From Rubripirellula sp. (GTDB lineage: Bacteria; Planctomycetota; Planctomycetia; Pirellulales; Pirellulaceae), in NCBI GenBank assembly GCA_965216875.1, contig OZ244207.1, positions 1,600,001-1,664,000 on the forward strand: a DNA stretch of 64,000 nucleotides. The letters run 5' to 3'. The notes beneath the pieces are model-generated. The model saw only the letters and a program-made list of their open reading frames with translations, did not search any database and had not been told where the DNA came from. The position numbers and the translations under genes were made by a program. Shown one piece after another: positions 48,411-57,658 of the stretch (its first letter is position 1; each line of letters starts with the position of its first letter).

Positions 48411-49568
48411 CTAGCGCAGGTTGCGACCTGGACCGGAGGCAATCTGTGGAAGCGGTTTTGCGTTAGGGACGTCTTTGGGATAGAGCGACCAAACTGGAAT
48501 GCGCTCACGCATCGTTTCCATCACTTCAGTGCGTGACTTCGCGATTTTGTCATTGCGAATCTTGGTTCGAATTTCGTCCTGGACTTGGCTGCGTGGTGTC
48601 AGGCCAGCTTCTTCGCGGTCGAGCACGCGGATGATGTGCAGTCCTTGTTCGTCTTCAATGATCTCGCTCATTGCGTTCAGTTCGATCGAAAAGATTTCGC
48701 GGTCCAAGACATCCGAGGCGAGTGCTCCTTGCTCGGTCCAATCGTGAAGACCACCTTGGCGTGCCATCGGTTCTTGGCTCTTCTCCCGTGCGACCGCTTG
48801 CATGTTGCCGCCGAAATAGGCTTCTCGTCCCATGTCTGCGATCAATCGTTGTGCTTCCTGGCGGTCCGGCACCTTGCTGAACAGAACACTAAGCTGTTCC
48901 CAACGAGCACGGGTTGGGTGCGAAAACTCATCAGGATTCGAAGCGTAGTATTCGACGATTTCTGCAATCGAAACACTCGGGTCTTGGTTCACTTTGCTGC
49001 GGATGTACAAGTGGCCGAGCATCGCATCAATGAACTCTCTTTGCCGTGCAGCCAGGGAGGTCCCCTTTTCGCGGAGCTTCTCATCGAGTTTCGACAAGGA
49101 CTCGGTTTCGTATTGTTTCTTTAGCTCGGGCACTTCGGATTCGAAGAACATCTGACGAGCACGCGATTGAAGGGTAGCGTCTGCTTCGGCGCGTTTGTCG
49201 GCGGCTGCCGTTCCCACTTGATCGAGCAGGAACGATTCACGAAGCATCTTGTTTTGAATCAGCTCGGCGAGCATACCCCGGGTCAGATTGAGCCGAGCGT
49301 AATGGAGTTGGTCTTCGGGGATCTTTTGCTTGGTTTTGGCCAAAACATCGGCGATCCTCGCTTCGACTTTCGGCGTCAGGTCGCCAAGCAAGATCGGTGT
49401 GCTGCCGACCACGGCAACCACAGCAGCCGGATCTTCCGGCAGAGCTTGAGCTTGGGCCTGGTCGACTTGGTTACGAGTCGGTACCTGGGCGTTGACCGCT
49501 GAGTGAAAGGTAATCAACGTCAGTGTGGTGACGGCAATCGTTGATAGACGGGACAGCATGCGTTGCAC
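48411..49568 (-). CDS. PpiC/SurA-type peptidyl-prolyl isomerase (foldase)
   Basis: Signal peptide; VVAVVGSTPILLGD; VAREKSQEPMARQGGLHDW..SEIIEDEQGLHIIRV rotamase domain. Confidence 0.88.
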   Translation of the reverse strand: MQRMLSRLSTIAVTTLTLITFHSAVNAQVPTRNQVDQAQAQALPEDPAAVVAVVGSTPILLGDLTPKVEARIADVLAKTKQKIPEDQLHYARLNLTRGMLAELIQNKMLRESFLLDQVGTAAADKRAEADATLQSRARQMFFESEVPELKKQYETESLSKLDEKLREKGTSLAARQREFIDAMLGHLYIRSKVNQDPSVSIAEIVEYYASNPDEFSHPTRARWEQLSVLFSKVPDRQEAQRLIADMGREAYFGGNMQAVAREKSQEPMARQGGLHDWTEQGALASDVLDREIFSIELNAMSEIIEDEQGLHIIRVLDREEAGLTPRSQVQDEIRTKIRNDKIAKSRTEVMETMRERIPVWSLYPKDVPNAKPLPQIASGPGRNLR

Positions 49569-49705
49569 AAAAAATCGAAGGAAGAATTGGCAATGGTTCT
49601 GTCGGCTTGTAGCTACCGCCAGTCCGGCAACACAAGGTCAAAATGCACACACTCTTCCCAGCAACCGACGAGTGAGCAGCCCGTTCGAATTAGGGGGGCG
49701 GGCCC

Positions 49706-49784
49706 GTGAGTCGAACGCGCTTGCGTCGGGCCCCTTTTATCGTTCATGGCTGGAAGTGGACCACCTTCTGGCGAAGATAGCTAC
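49706..49784. repeat. Single B-family and C-family REP-like elements
   Basis: GTGAGTCGAACGCGCTTGCGTCGGGCC at 49706; CCACCTTCTGGCGAAGATAGCTAC at 49761-49784. Confidence 0.75.
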
Positions 49785-49802
49785 GAACTGTTCGGAGTTC
49801 GA

Positions 49803-50180
49803 CTAGCCGAGCTTGCGCAGCGGGACGGTTGCGGCACTATCTGGCCGCGGCTGAGGCGATTCGAGATAGCTTGCGAGCGTTTCGGTTGCGGCGTTGGTGG
49901 ATTGGGCGTGCTGGGCAAACTGCCCGGCGCTGCCAAAGTAGGTGCCCACGCCGTGGAAAAGATCTGGATCACAACCAATCGTCTGTTCAACCAGGTCGAT
50001 TGCTTTCAAACGTTGCGTCTCCGACAACTCCACCGGTTCTTCGCTTCGGTCGGATAAGAAGTAGAAGCCTTCGATCTCGACTTGTTCGATCCAGCCGAAT
50101 CGATCTGCTAGCACCTGACCTGAGACCTCGCCCGAAACACCGTTGAGGAGGATTTCATCAATGAGGAAAGCGCGGCGCAC
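49803..50180 (-). CDS. Small hypothetical protein
   Basis: 125 aa ORF filling the gap between the co-oriented kinase and PPIase genes; no recognised motif. Confidence 0.45.
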   Translation of the reverse strand: MRRAFLIDEILLNGVSGEVSGQVLADRFGWIEQVEIEGFYFLSDRSEEPVELSETQRLKAIDLVEQTIGCDPDLFHGVGTYFGSAGQFAQHAQSTNAATETLASYLESPQPRPDSAATVPLRKLG

Positions 50181-50267
50181 GAAGAACGACCCGAATGAGC
50201 AAGGGAAGGGTGGATGCCCAATGGAATGCTAGCATTGGCGATTCGGCGAAGCAACAAAAACCTGCCG

Positions 50268-51854
50268 CTAGAAGGGCTCTTCGTTGGTTTCAGGCGTTGC
50301 GTCGAGCACGACCCGAGTGCGCAGCAGTGTGTCGTGGATGCTCTGGCCGGACCGAAGGAGCAGGCTGATGACCTCGGCCGAGAGCAGTGCGATGACCGAC
50401 CATCGCACCGCCGCGCCGATGGAGTCGAGAAAGAGCCAAGCGAGCGGGCCATTGATGAGGAGCATTGCCCATGCCCAGCTGAACTGAAACGCCGACCTGG
50501 CGGCGAGGATTCGGCGTCGAGGCTTCAATCCGTGCGCGTCGACGATGACAACTTGAAGGAAGCGTTTGCCGGTCGTGCTTCCCCACTGTGCTTGAAGTAG
50601 GCCCAATCCCGCCAAGAAGGCGCTCGAAACGGCAAAGAAAAGCATCGATGAGAGCAGGCTGATTTGCAGGACGATGCCGTGTGCCTTGGGACCATCAGGA
50701 TAGATCGCTTGGTCGACCGAGTAGGCGGCAACTTCCAAAACGATGAGCACGATTCCGATGATCACCGTATCGAGAAGCCAGGCCATGCCGCGGACGACCG
50801 GGTTGGCCGTTGGCATGTTGACCGGTTGGACTTTGCGGAGATCAAACTCGAGATGTGCAAAACTTGGATAACGTTTCGACGGATCTTTTTCGAGTAAGTT
50901 GGCGAGGATCGTTTGCCAAGCCTCAGGCAACTCAGCTGGCCAACGTTCCGGGAACTCGACCGGTGCCTCGCGGTGGGCGCGAAGCCGCGTGGAAAGATCG
51001 CAACCTTCGTCGAGTGTGTAGGGCAAGCGATCAAACGTCATTTGAAACAGAGTGACCCCAAGTGCGTACATGTCGCCGCGGTGGTCAATCGACGCTCCAC
51101 GTGTTGCTTCCGGAGGCATGTAGTCGGGCGTGCCGGAGATTTTGGATGACGCTTCGGTGGCTGCCGAGTGGCGCCGCGCGAGACCGAAGTCCGAAAGCTT
51201 GCTGTTGCGATCGTCGACCAACAAAACGTTGCTCGGCTTGATGTCGCCATGCACGATGTCAAATTCGGCGGCGCATCGTAGAGCACGTGTGATTTGAACC
51301 GCAAAGCGAACGAGTTCAAGAAAGTCGAGTTTGCCGGAGTGCATTCGATCGGCAAGCGTCCCGCAACCGACCAGTTCCATCGCGAGGAAAGGCGTTTCGC
51401 GATCCGTTCCCACGTAGTAGACATGAACGACGTTGGGATGATTGACCCGGGCTTGAGCACGCGCTTCTTGGAACAGGCGATCCAGGTCGGCGTCAGCTTC
51501 ATCGGCGTTGCTGTGAATCACTTTCAATGCGACGTATCGCTGCAATGATTCGTCCAACGCGTGGTAGACGGCACCCATTCCGCCGTCGCCAATGCGGGAA
51601 AGGATGCGAAAGTGTTCGAGATTCTGCCCAATAAGTGGATCGTGGTCGGGGTGGGTGACCAGTCGTGCTGGGAGATGATCCGAGTCGATGCTGACCGTAT
51701 CGGCGCCGGCTGAATCGAGAACATGGGGATCGTATTGTCTTCCGCATTCGAGACACTGGATCGTCTCGTCGTGCACCTCGACGTTTGCGCCGCAAACACA
51801 GCGATAGATGGCGACAGGTTCGTCGCGCCGGTCATCTATTTCGCTGTGAGTCAT
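50268..51854 (-). CDS. Hanks-type Ser/Thr protein kinase with N-terminal Cys ribbon and C-terminal RDD-like TM domain
   Basis: IGDGGMGAVY, VALKVI, HGDIKPSN, DFG, GTPDYMPPE, DMYALG; VRGMAWLLDT..TTGKRFL..IHDTLLRTRVV. Confidence 0.93.
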   Translation of the reverse strand: MTHSEIDDRRDEPVAIYRCVCGANVEVHDETIQCLECGRQYDPHVLDSAGADTVSIDSDHLPARLVTHPDHDPLIGQNLEHFRILSRIGDGGMGAVYHALDESLQRYVALKVIHSNADEADADLDRLFQEARAQARVNHPNVVHVYYVGTDRETPFLAMELVGCGTLADRMHSGKLDFLELVRFAVQITRALRCAAEFDIVHGDIKPSNVLLVDDRNSKLSDFGLARRHSAATEASSKISGTPDYMPPEATRGASIDHRGDMYALGVTLFQMTFDRLPYTLDEGCDLSTRLRAHREAPVEFPERWPAELPEAWQTILANLLEKDPSKRYPSFAHLEFDLRKVQPVNMPTANPVVRGMAWLLDTVIIGIVLIVLEVAAYSVDQAIYPDGPKAHGIVLQISLLSSMLFFAVSSAFLAGLGLLQAQWGSTTGKRFLQVVIVDAHGLKPRRRILAARSAFQFSWAWAMLLINGPLAWLFLDSIGAAVRWSVIALLSAEVISLLLRSGQSIHDTLLRTRVVLDATPETNEEPF

Positions 51855-52170
51855 GCGGGAACGGTTTCTTGATCGTGCGTGTGATGCGCGGCTGTGCGTA
51901 GGCCGGAGTTTGTTGATCCCATAATCCTGGTGTGCGGCAAGACGAAGGCCGCCGGTTTTTGCGGCTCGTGCCGATCTTATTCCACGCCGAAACGAGCCAC
52001 CAAATCACCCCAAGGGTCCATCGAAATTGTAGCGTGCGATTCGGGGTAACGATCGTTCGACTTTTGCGACTGCAACCATTACAACCGGTATCATCCGGCG
52101 ATCGTGTCTGATGGCGGTGACGAATGGAGTGGCCGCGACGGTCATCACGGTCACAAGCGGAAGGCACCTC

Positions 52171-53100
52171 ATGAGTGAGATGAATTTGAAGTTGGGCGCC
52201 CTGCAATTTGATCTTCGCCAAACGAGCTTCCTTGTTGTCGTCGTTGCGGTGATCACGTTGGGTGGTTGTCATCGCGACGACCTCACTCCGATCGACACCA
52301 AACCAGTCGATCCAGTAACAGCTATCAACGCAGATTTTGCGATCACTTGGCCGCCTTCCGAACTCGATCTGCGTCTTGGGAAATCGACCAGCGGTTCGGC
52401 GGCAACGCAGGGCATTACGCCACTCCTTTATGGCAATGTCCGGCATGAGTTTCTCGAACCAGACTCCGTTGCCCTTTGGGTCGAGATTGTTCGTCCAGAT
52501 GACACGGCGTCCCGATTGCGGTGGAACAAGACCCTAGCGTTTCCCGAGTACGATTGGATGTCAAAGGTGCGGGTTTGGGATAGCGATCACGACTGGCTAT
52601 GGCCGAATCTGCCGTACCTGTTGACCGCACATGGCACCGAACGCGTTGATCGCTATGGAGGTGTCGATCCGGGCAAAGGAGTCGACAACGATTTTGCAGG
52701 TGTCGTCATTCGACCGCATGACTCTGACGTTGTCCCCGGAACTTGGCCGCTGCTTTCGACTCAGTGGCATGCCGATGGGTCGCTGACATCAAACGGGCAC
52801 ACGGACGACTTGACTGCGGTCGTTCATCGATCGCACTCGGATCGATTTGCGGTCAAGGTCACCGAAGCCGACCAAACGACGCGATTCGGTGTTTGGGTGA
52901 TCTATGCTGACTTCCTTGATGCTTCGCTCCCTCGCGAGTGGCCCGCTGAACCCGAGTACGACGGTGGGATTCTCGCTTACTGTGTCGTCAGCATCGAGGG
53001 TACCGAACTCTCCGTCTTGGCAACTGTGCCGCCCACAAGTACCGGTGTCGATTGGGAAGCTTGGCGGCTAAAGAAGCGATTGACTGTGTCGGGCGACTAG
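52171..53100 (+). CDS. Hypothetical lipoprotein
   Basis: Hydrophobic FLVVVVAVITLGGC lipobox; Trp/Pro-rich body; start uncertain. Confidence 0.7.
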   Translation: MSEMNLKLGALQFDLRQTSFLVVVVAVITLGGCHRDDLTPIDTKPVDPVTAINADFAITWPPSELDLRLGKSTSGSAATQGITPLLYGNVRHEFLEPDSVALWVEIVRPDDTASRLRWNKTLAFPEYDWMSKVRVWDSDHDWLWPNLPYLLTAHGTERVDRYGGVDPGKGVDNDFAGVVIRPHDSDVVPGTWPLLSTQWHADGSLTSNGHTDDLTAVVHRSHSDRFAVKVTEADQTTRFGVWVIYADFLDASLPREWPAEPEYDGGILAYCVVSIEGTELSVLATVPPTSTGVDWEAWRLKKRLTVSGD

Positions 53101-53172
53101 GAGTCCGTAGCCGTATATACTTGGCGTTCGCGATGGGCAAAGGAAACCATCGCCGGATGCCTCGTAGGGCGG

Positions 53173-56100
53173 TTGTTTGAGTTGAGTGAGCGAGTCTTGA
53201 GCGTGCCTGTCATTCGGTTTCTATCCGCGGCTTCATACGCATTTCTCTGTGCGTTGTTGTTTGCCACCGGATGCGGCAAGTCCGAAAGCGACACGGCAAC
53301 GGGCAACTCTCGTCCGGCCCAATCGAGTGTCAGCGACACTCAAGGATCTTCGGGATTTGAATCGGAGGCCGCGCAGGATGAAACGCCGTCTCGTTCCGAT
53401 GCGTTGGTCAATCGAAGTCGCGAGGACTTAATCAAACGTTTTGCATCCTTAAAGGCGGCTGGCCAAGAGGAGGCCGCGGTCGAAGTGCTGAACGTGATGT
53501 TGGTTCAGGATCCCAAGGACCACGAAGCACTCTTTCAACTCGCCGGCCACTACGCTGATACGGAGCAAGTTGGTCAGGCAATTGAAATGCTTGCCGGAAT
53601 ACCGCGCGATGCACCCAAGGTGGGTGCTGCCGCCGGCCGTTTTGCCGTTACGCTCTTGCTTCGACAGCAGCGATATGACGAAGCAGAGGACCGTCTCAAC
53701 CAGCTGTTGGAAGACCAGGCGACTGCGTCCTTTGCAAGGCTCGAGCTTGCGACGCTCTTGAACCGCCAGGGGCGACGGCACGAAGCGAATCGCTTCGCGC
53801 GGCAAAACTGCCTCACCGGAAATCTGCCCCTGGAACAATTGCGTGGGCTGCTCTTCGAGTCGGACGCGGTCTATCCCCCGAAAACCAAGAGTTCGTCGGG
53901 AACCAAGGGTGCGCCGGGCGATCCCAAAGCGATCTATTCAATTGGACGTGGCGGAAAGGCGAGGTTTCTTTGGACGCATTCCTATTTTGAAGAGGCCGCT
54001 GAACAGTTGGAGGAGTCGGTCGCCGATGGAACGGCAGTCGATTCCCATGTGGCACTTTATGGTGCCGCGATCGCCGAATCGCAGCAGGACGACAAACTGG
54101 TTCGCTGGCTCGACACGACGAGCGAGAGCACGCAAGTGTTTCCTGAGTATTGGTCGGCGCTTGGTACTTACCTTTTGTCGCAAAGTGAATTCGAGCCTGC
54201 GGTGAGGTGTTTTGCCGAATCGATTTCACGTGATCCGACAGACCTGCGTTCGATGCGTCGGATGATCAAATCTCTGCGATCGGTCGGCGATGATGACGCC
54301 GCTGAAAAGTGGGATGCACGCTATCGAATGCTTGCGAAGACGCTCGACGCACGCCCGGTCGATTCTCTTGGCAACCCGACCGGTGTGACCAGCGTGGCGA
54401 CATTGTCCAAACAACTTTCTGCACTTGGACGCGACCTCGAAGCGTTGCATTGGGAAATTGTTCAGGTCATGCAATCAGGTTCAGCGTCGAGTGAATCGCG
54501 TGCCCGGCTCCAAGCGATGTCCCGCCGCGGCCAACAGATCGTGCAATCCGGTGCACCGTTTGGAACCAAAGAGGAGGTTCTTTGCGGTCTCGACCTCGAT
54601 CGATTCCCGTTGCCTGATCTTTCCGCCGTCTCGACTCAGCGTTCTCGTCTGCCCGCCGAAATCAAACTCGCCGATCCTACCGTAGCGGCAACGTTCTCAA
54701 ACGTGACCGAATCCATCGGTCTGCGTCACACGTTTCGTGTCAGCGACACGGCGCGAGAAATGGCATTTGCCATTTATGAAACGTTTGGTGGCGGTGTTGC
54801 CGCGATCGACTATGACCTGAATGGCTACCCCGACCTGTACTTTTGCCAAGGACACGCGAAGGGGCCTGACTTCAACGCTATGTCGTCGGACCAACTCTAT
54901 CGCAATCAATCTGCGATCGACAAACCAGCGATTGCCGACGTGACGGATTCGGCGCGCTTGACGGAGAACGCGTACACGTTGGGTGTGACCGCTGGGGATT
55001 GGAACCAAGATGGGTTTCCAGACTTGGTGGTCACGAATATCGGCCCGGACGTCTTGTTGATCAATCAAGGCGATGGAACGTTTCGACGCGAAGTTCTGAA
55101 CCCCAACGATTCGCGCCATCGCCTTAGCACTTCCGTCGCAATGGGCGATTTGAACGGCGATCGTCTGCCCGACCTTTTTTGTCTCGGCTATTTAGACGAC
55201 TCGTCGATATCCAAACGCCCTCCGCTAGATGCCCAGGGGCGACCGAAAGCAACGGTCAATCCTTTGTCATTTCGGCCGTCGCTTGATGGAGTGTATTGGA
55301 ACGATGGATCGGGTGGTTGGAAACGAGAGCAAGTTGGACGCGCGGGGGACGAGAGTACTGGATTGGGTGTTGTGCTCTGTGATTTGAATCCAACTCGCCC
55401 GGGCAATGAAGTCTTCGTTGCTAACGACGAACGCGCCGACCAGCTCTGGTCGTTTGCGTCCGACGAAGGCCGATGGAACGAGTATGCGCGGATCGTTGGT
55501 TGTGCTTTTGGAAGCCTCGGTTTCCCGGTGGGATCGATGGGTGTGGCCGCGGCCGACTTTGACCGCAACGGAACACTCGACTTGCACGTCACGACATTCT
55601 TTGGCGAACCGAGCTGTCACTTTCTTAGCACCGGCAGTCTTTATGTTGACAAAAACGTCCGCTTCGGACTCGATCGCGAAAGCTCGTCCTACTTGGGCTT
55701 CGGTGCTCAGGCGGTCGACTACGCCAATCGCGGAGCGTTGGACCTCGTGGTTCTCAATGGATTCGTCGAGGATTTGCAACACACGGGCCGTCCGTTCCGA
55801 CAACCGACTCAATTGCTGGCCAATCATGGAGCCAAATATCGGAGTGTTCCGGTGAATGATGACTCGGGGTATTGGAATGGAAATCATCTGGGACGCTCGC
55901 TTGCGAAACTCGACTTTGATCGCGATGGCAAGCAAGACTTGGTCGCAACCGACATGATCGAGCCGAGCGTCTTGTTGCTCAACGAAACCGAGTCGACGAA
56001 TCACTGGATCGGACTCGAGCTTGTCGGGACTGCCTCCGAGCGAGATGCGGTTGGTGCGAAAGTGACTATGAGAAGTGGTGAGCAGACGTGGACAAATTGG

Positions 56101-56292
56101 GTAACGGCTGGTGACGGCTATCTCTGCAAAAACGACCACGTGCTCCATTTTGGACTCGGCAAATCGACGTCGATCGACAGCATCGAAGTCGACTGGCCAA
56201 CGGGCGAGAATCAAACGGTCGTCAATCCCGTCGTTGATGTGGTGAACTTGGTCATCGAGGACGTGGCCGAGAGTTTTGTGGTTGGGCGATAA
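53173..56292 (+). CDS. Lipoprotein with TPR repeats, FG-GAP repeats and an ASPIC/UnbV (CRTAC1-like) domain
   Basis: LFATGC lipobox; TPR helices; ETFGGGVAAIDYDLNGYPDL, GDWNQDGFPDL, SMGVAAADFD; RDAVGAKV..AGDGYL..LHFGLG..VDWP. Confidence 0.92.
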   Translation: MFELSERVLSVPVIRFLSAASYAFLCALLFATGCGKSESDTATGNSRPAQSSVSDTQGSSGFESEAAQDETPSRSDALVNRSREDLIKRFASLKAAGQEEAAVEVLNVMLVQDPKDHEALFQLAGHYADTEQVGQAIEMLAGIPRDAPKVGAAAGRFAVTLLLRQQRYDEAEDRLNQLLEDQATASFARLELATLLNRQGRRHEANRFARQNCLTGNLPLEQLRGLLFESDAVYPPKTKSSSGTKGAPGDPKAIYSIGRGGKARFLWTHSYFEEAAEQLEESVADGTAVDSHVALYGAAIAESQQDDKLVRWLDTTSESTQVFPEYWSALGTYLLSQSEFEPAVRCFAESISRDPTDLRSMRRMIKSLRSVGDDDAAEKWDARYRMLAKTLDARPVDSLGNPTGVTSVATLSKQLSALGRDLEALHWEIVQVMQSGSASSESRARLQAMSRRGQQIVQSGAPFGTKEEVLCGLDLDRFPLPDLSAVSTQRSRLPAEIKLADPTVAATFSNVTESIGLRHTFRVSDTAREMAFAIYETFGGGVAAIDYDLNGYPDLYFCQGHAKGPDFNAMSSDQLYRNQSAIDKPAIADVTDSARLTENAYTLGVTAGDWNQDGFPDLVVTNIGPDVLLINQGDGTFRREVLNPNDSRHRLSTSVAMGDLNGDRLPDLFCLGYLDDSSISKRPPLDAQGRPKATVNPLSFRPSLDGVYWNDGSGGWKREQVGRAGDESTGLGVVLCDLNPTRPGNEVFVANDERADQLWSFASDEGRWNEYARIVGCAFGSLGFPVGSMGVAAADFDRNGTLDLHVTTFFGEPSCHFLSTGSLYVDKNVRFGLDRESSSYLGFGAQAVDYANRGALDLVVLNGFVEDLQHTGRPFRQPTQLLANHGAKYRSVPVNDDSGYWNGNHLGRSLAKLDFDRDGKQDLVATDMIEPSVLLLNETESTNHWIGLELVGTASERDAVGAKVTMRSGEQTWTNWVTAGDGYLCKNDHVLHFGLGKSTSIDSIEVDWPTGENQTVVNPVVDVVNLVIEDVAESFVVGR

Positions 56293-56295
56293 TTC

Positions 56296-56612
56296 GTAGT
56301 GGACGAGGCTACGAGTCCCAGCCGCAGTCGGGTACCGTCCCCAGTTGGCATGGCTCTCGTTCGAGGAACTCGTGGCCTCGTCCACTACGGGTGCGCTTGA
56401 TGGGGTAGCCACAAAAAACAGGAGAAGGCACATAAAGAAGAAAAGCGGCGAAGGTGGCAAGTGCTCGGAATTGTTGCGTGATGAATTGAACTCTCAGTAG
56501 CGAATTCACAGGCGTGCCTTTATGTGGCCTTTTGTGTTTTTCGTGGCCAGTCTCTTCGGCATCGGTTGTCAGGAGGTTGACCTGCGGAGGGACTCGTGGC
56601 CTCGTCCACTAC
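56296..56612. repeat. Cluster of REP-like family E copies and an A-rich family F inverted pair
   Basis: E: GTAGTGGACGAGGCTACGAGTCC (56296), reverse copies end at 56388 and 56612. F: GTAGCCACAAAAAACAGGAGAAGGCACATAAAG (56405) / CTTTATGTGGCCTTTTGTGTTTTTCGTGGC (56518-56547). Confidence 0.85.
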
Positions 56613-56819
56613 GGGGGAGATTCCCCACCGGCAGATGTGGCGATCCACCCGGCCGCGTAGCGCATTGGCAAACGCCAGATTTTTTGCCGAGAAGTTGGTC
56701 ATGACTTCGTGTCGCCAGCGTCACAGAGGGAGCTGTGCGAAAAACTATCCATGGCAGCCTTCTCAGCGACGAACTAGACTGAAGGCCTCGTCGTTTAACC
56801 CCACCTCAGGATCTTCTCG

Positions 56820-57488
56820 ATGTCGTCCGTGCGTTTCTTGGCCGTTGTTGCTCTGTTGGTCTCCGTCTGCACCGCTGCAGATGCTCAGGTTGTTTACACC
56901 GAAGTCGCCGATGGGGAACTTTCTGGTGACAGTACCACGCCGACCGATTTGGGGATTCTTCTGCCAGGATCCAATACGGTGACGGGGCAGGTGACTGCAA
57001 TTGGTGATGGTGGATTCAACGGGACTGCCGACGTCTTCACGTTTGAGATCGGCGCTGGTGAGCAACTTGACTCGATTGTGCTGGACAGTTTTTCGACCAC
57101 TTCGGGCTCGGCCGTCTTCATTGCACTCGACGATGGCCCAACGTTTGGTTTCACAGCTGAAGAGATCAACGATCAGTTCTTGCTACCCGACTTGACTCAA
57201 ATCATGGGTGGCACCATCGCGGGTACGGCAAACGTGGGAACTGACGTGCTGGACGACTTGCAAAACGCCGTCAATTTTGGAAACGGCAGTGCCTTCACAA
57301 CGCCGCTGACCACGGGGCAATACTCGTTTTACATCCAAGAAACGAGTCCTTCGTCGGACTACACCTTTGCATTTAACGTGTCGAGTGCCGCCGCCGTGCC
57401 GGAGCCGTCGACCTTTGCGGCTCTTGGTGTCATGGGGCTCGCTTTTGCATGGCGCCAGCGACGCCGCAAGAACGCACCCAAGGCGTGA
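56820..57488 (+). CDS. PEP-CTERM sorting domain protein
   Basis: Signal peptide; C-terminal AVPEPSTFAALGVMGLAFAWRQRRRK. Confidence 0.95.
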   Translation: MSSVRFLAVVALLVSVCTAADAQVVYTEVADGELSGDSTTPTDLGILLPGSNTVTGQVTAIGDGGFNGTADVFTFEIGAGEQLDSIVLDSFSTTSGSAVFIALDDGPTFGFTAEEINDQFLLPDLTQIMGGTIAGTANVGTDVLDDLQNAVNFGNGSAFTTPLTTGQYSFYIQETSPSSDYTFAFNVSSAAAVPEPSTFAALGVMGLAFAWRQRRRKNAPKA

Positions 57489-57506
57489 TGTTCTGATCAC
57501 ACGTTC

Positions 57507-57658
57507 GTAGTACCGGCTTTAGCCGGAATCTTCTCACAATCGGCCCTGAGCCGCACTCGCTAGCGTCGGCCCTTTTTCAACGTAGCTACGCTCGCCAGAG
57601 CGTGGTCAGGGTAGATCACCTTACTCGGCACAGTCCACCTTCTGGCGAAGGTAGCTAC
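57507..57658. repeat. Mosaic of REP-like elements (G, B, C pair)
   Basis: GTAGTACCGGCTTTAGCCGGAA (57507), TGAGCCGCACTCGCTAGCGTCGGCC (57547), GTAGCTACGCTCGCCAGAGCGTGG (57582), CCACCTTCTGGCGAAGGTAGCTAC (57635-57658). Confidence 0.88.

Noticed and set aside
51832..52446. 204 aa minus-strand ORF upstream of the kinase
   Set aside because: Overlaps the better-supported plus-strand lipoprotein; Arg-rich shadow composition.
55267..56460. 397 aa minus-strand ORF
   Set aside because: Antisense shadow of the ASPIC/UnbV gene that starts inside repeat DNA; no motifs.
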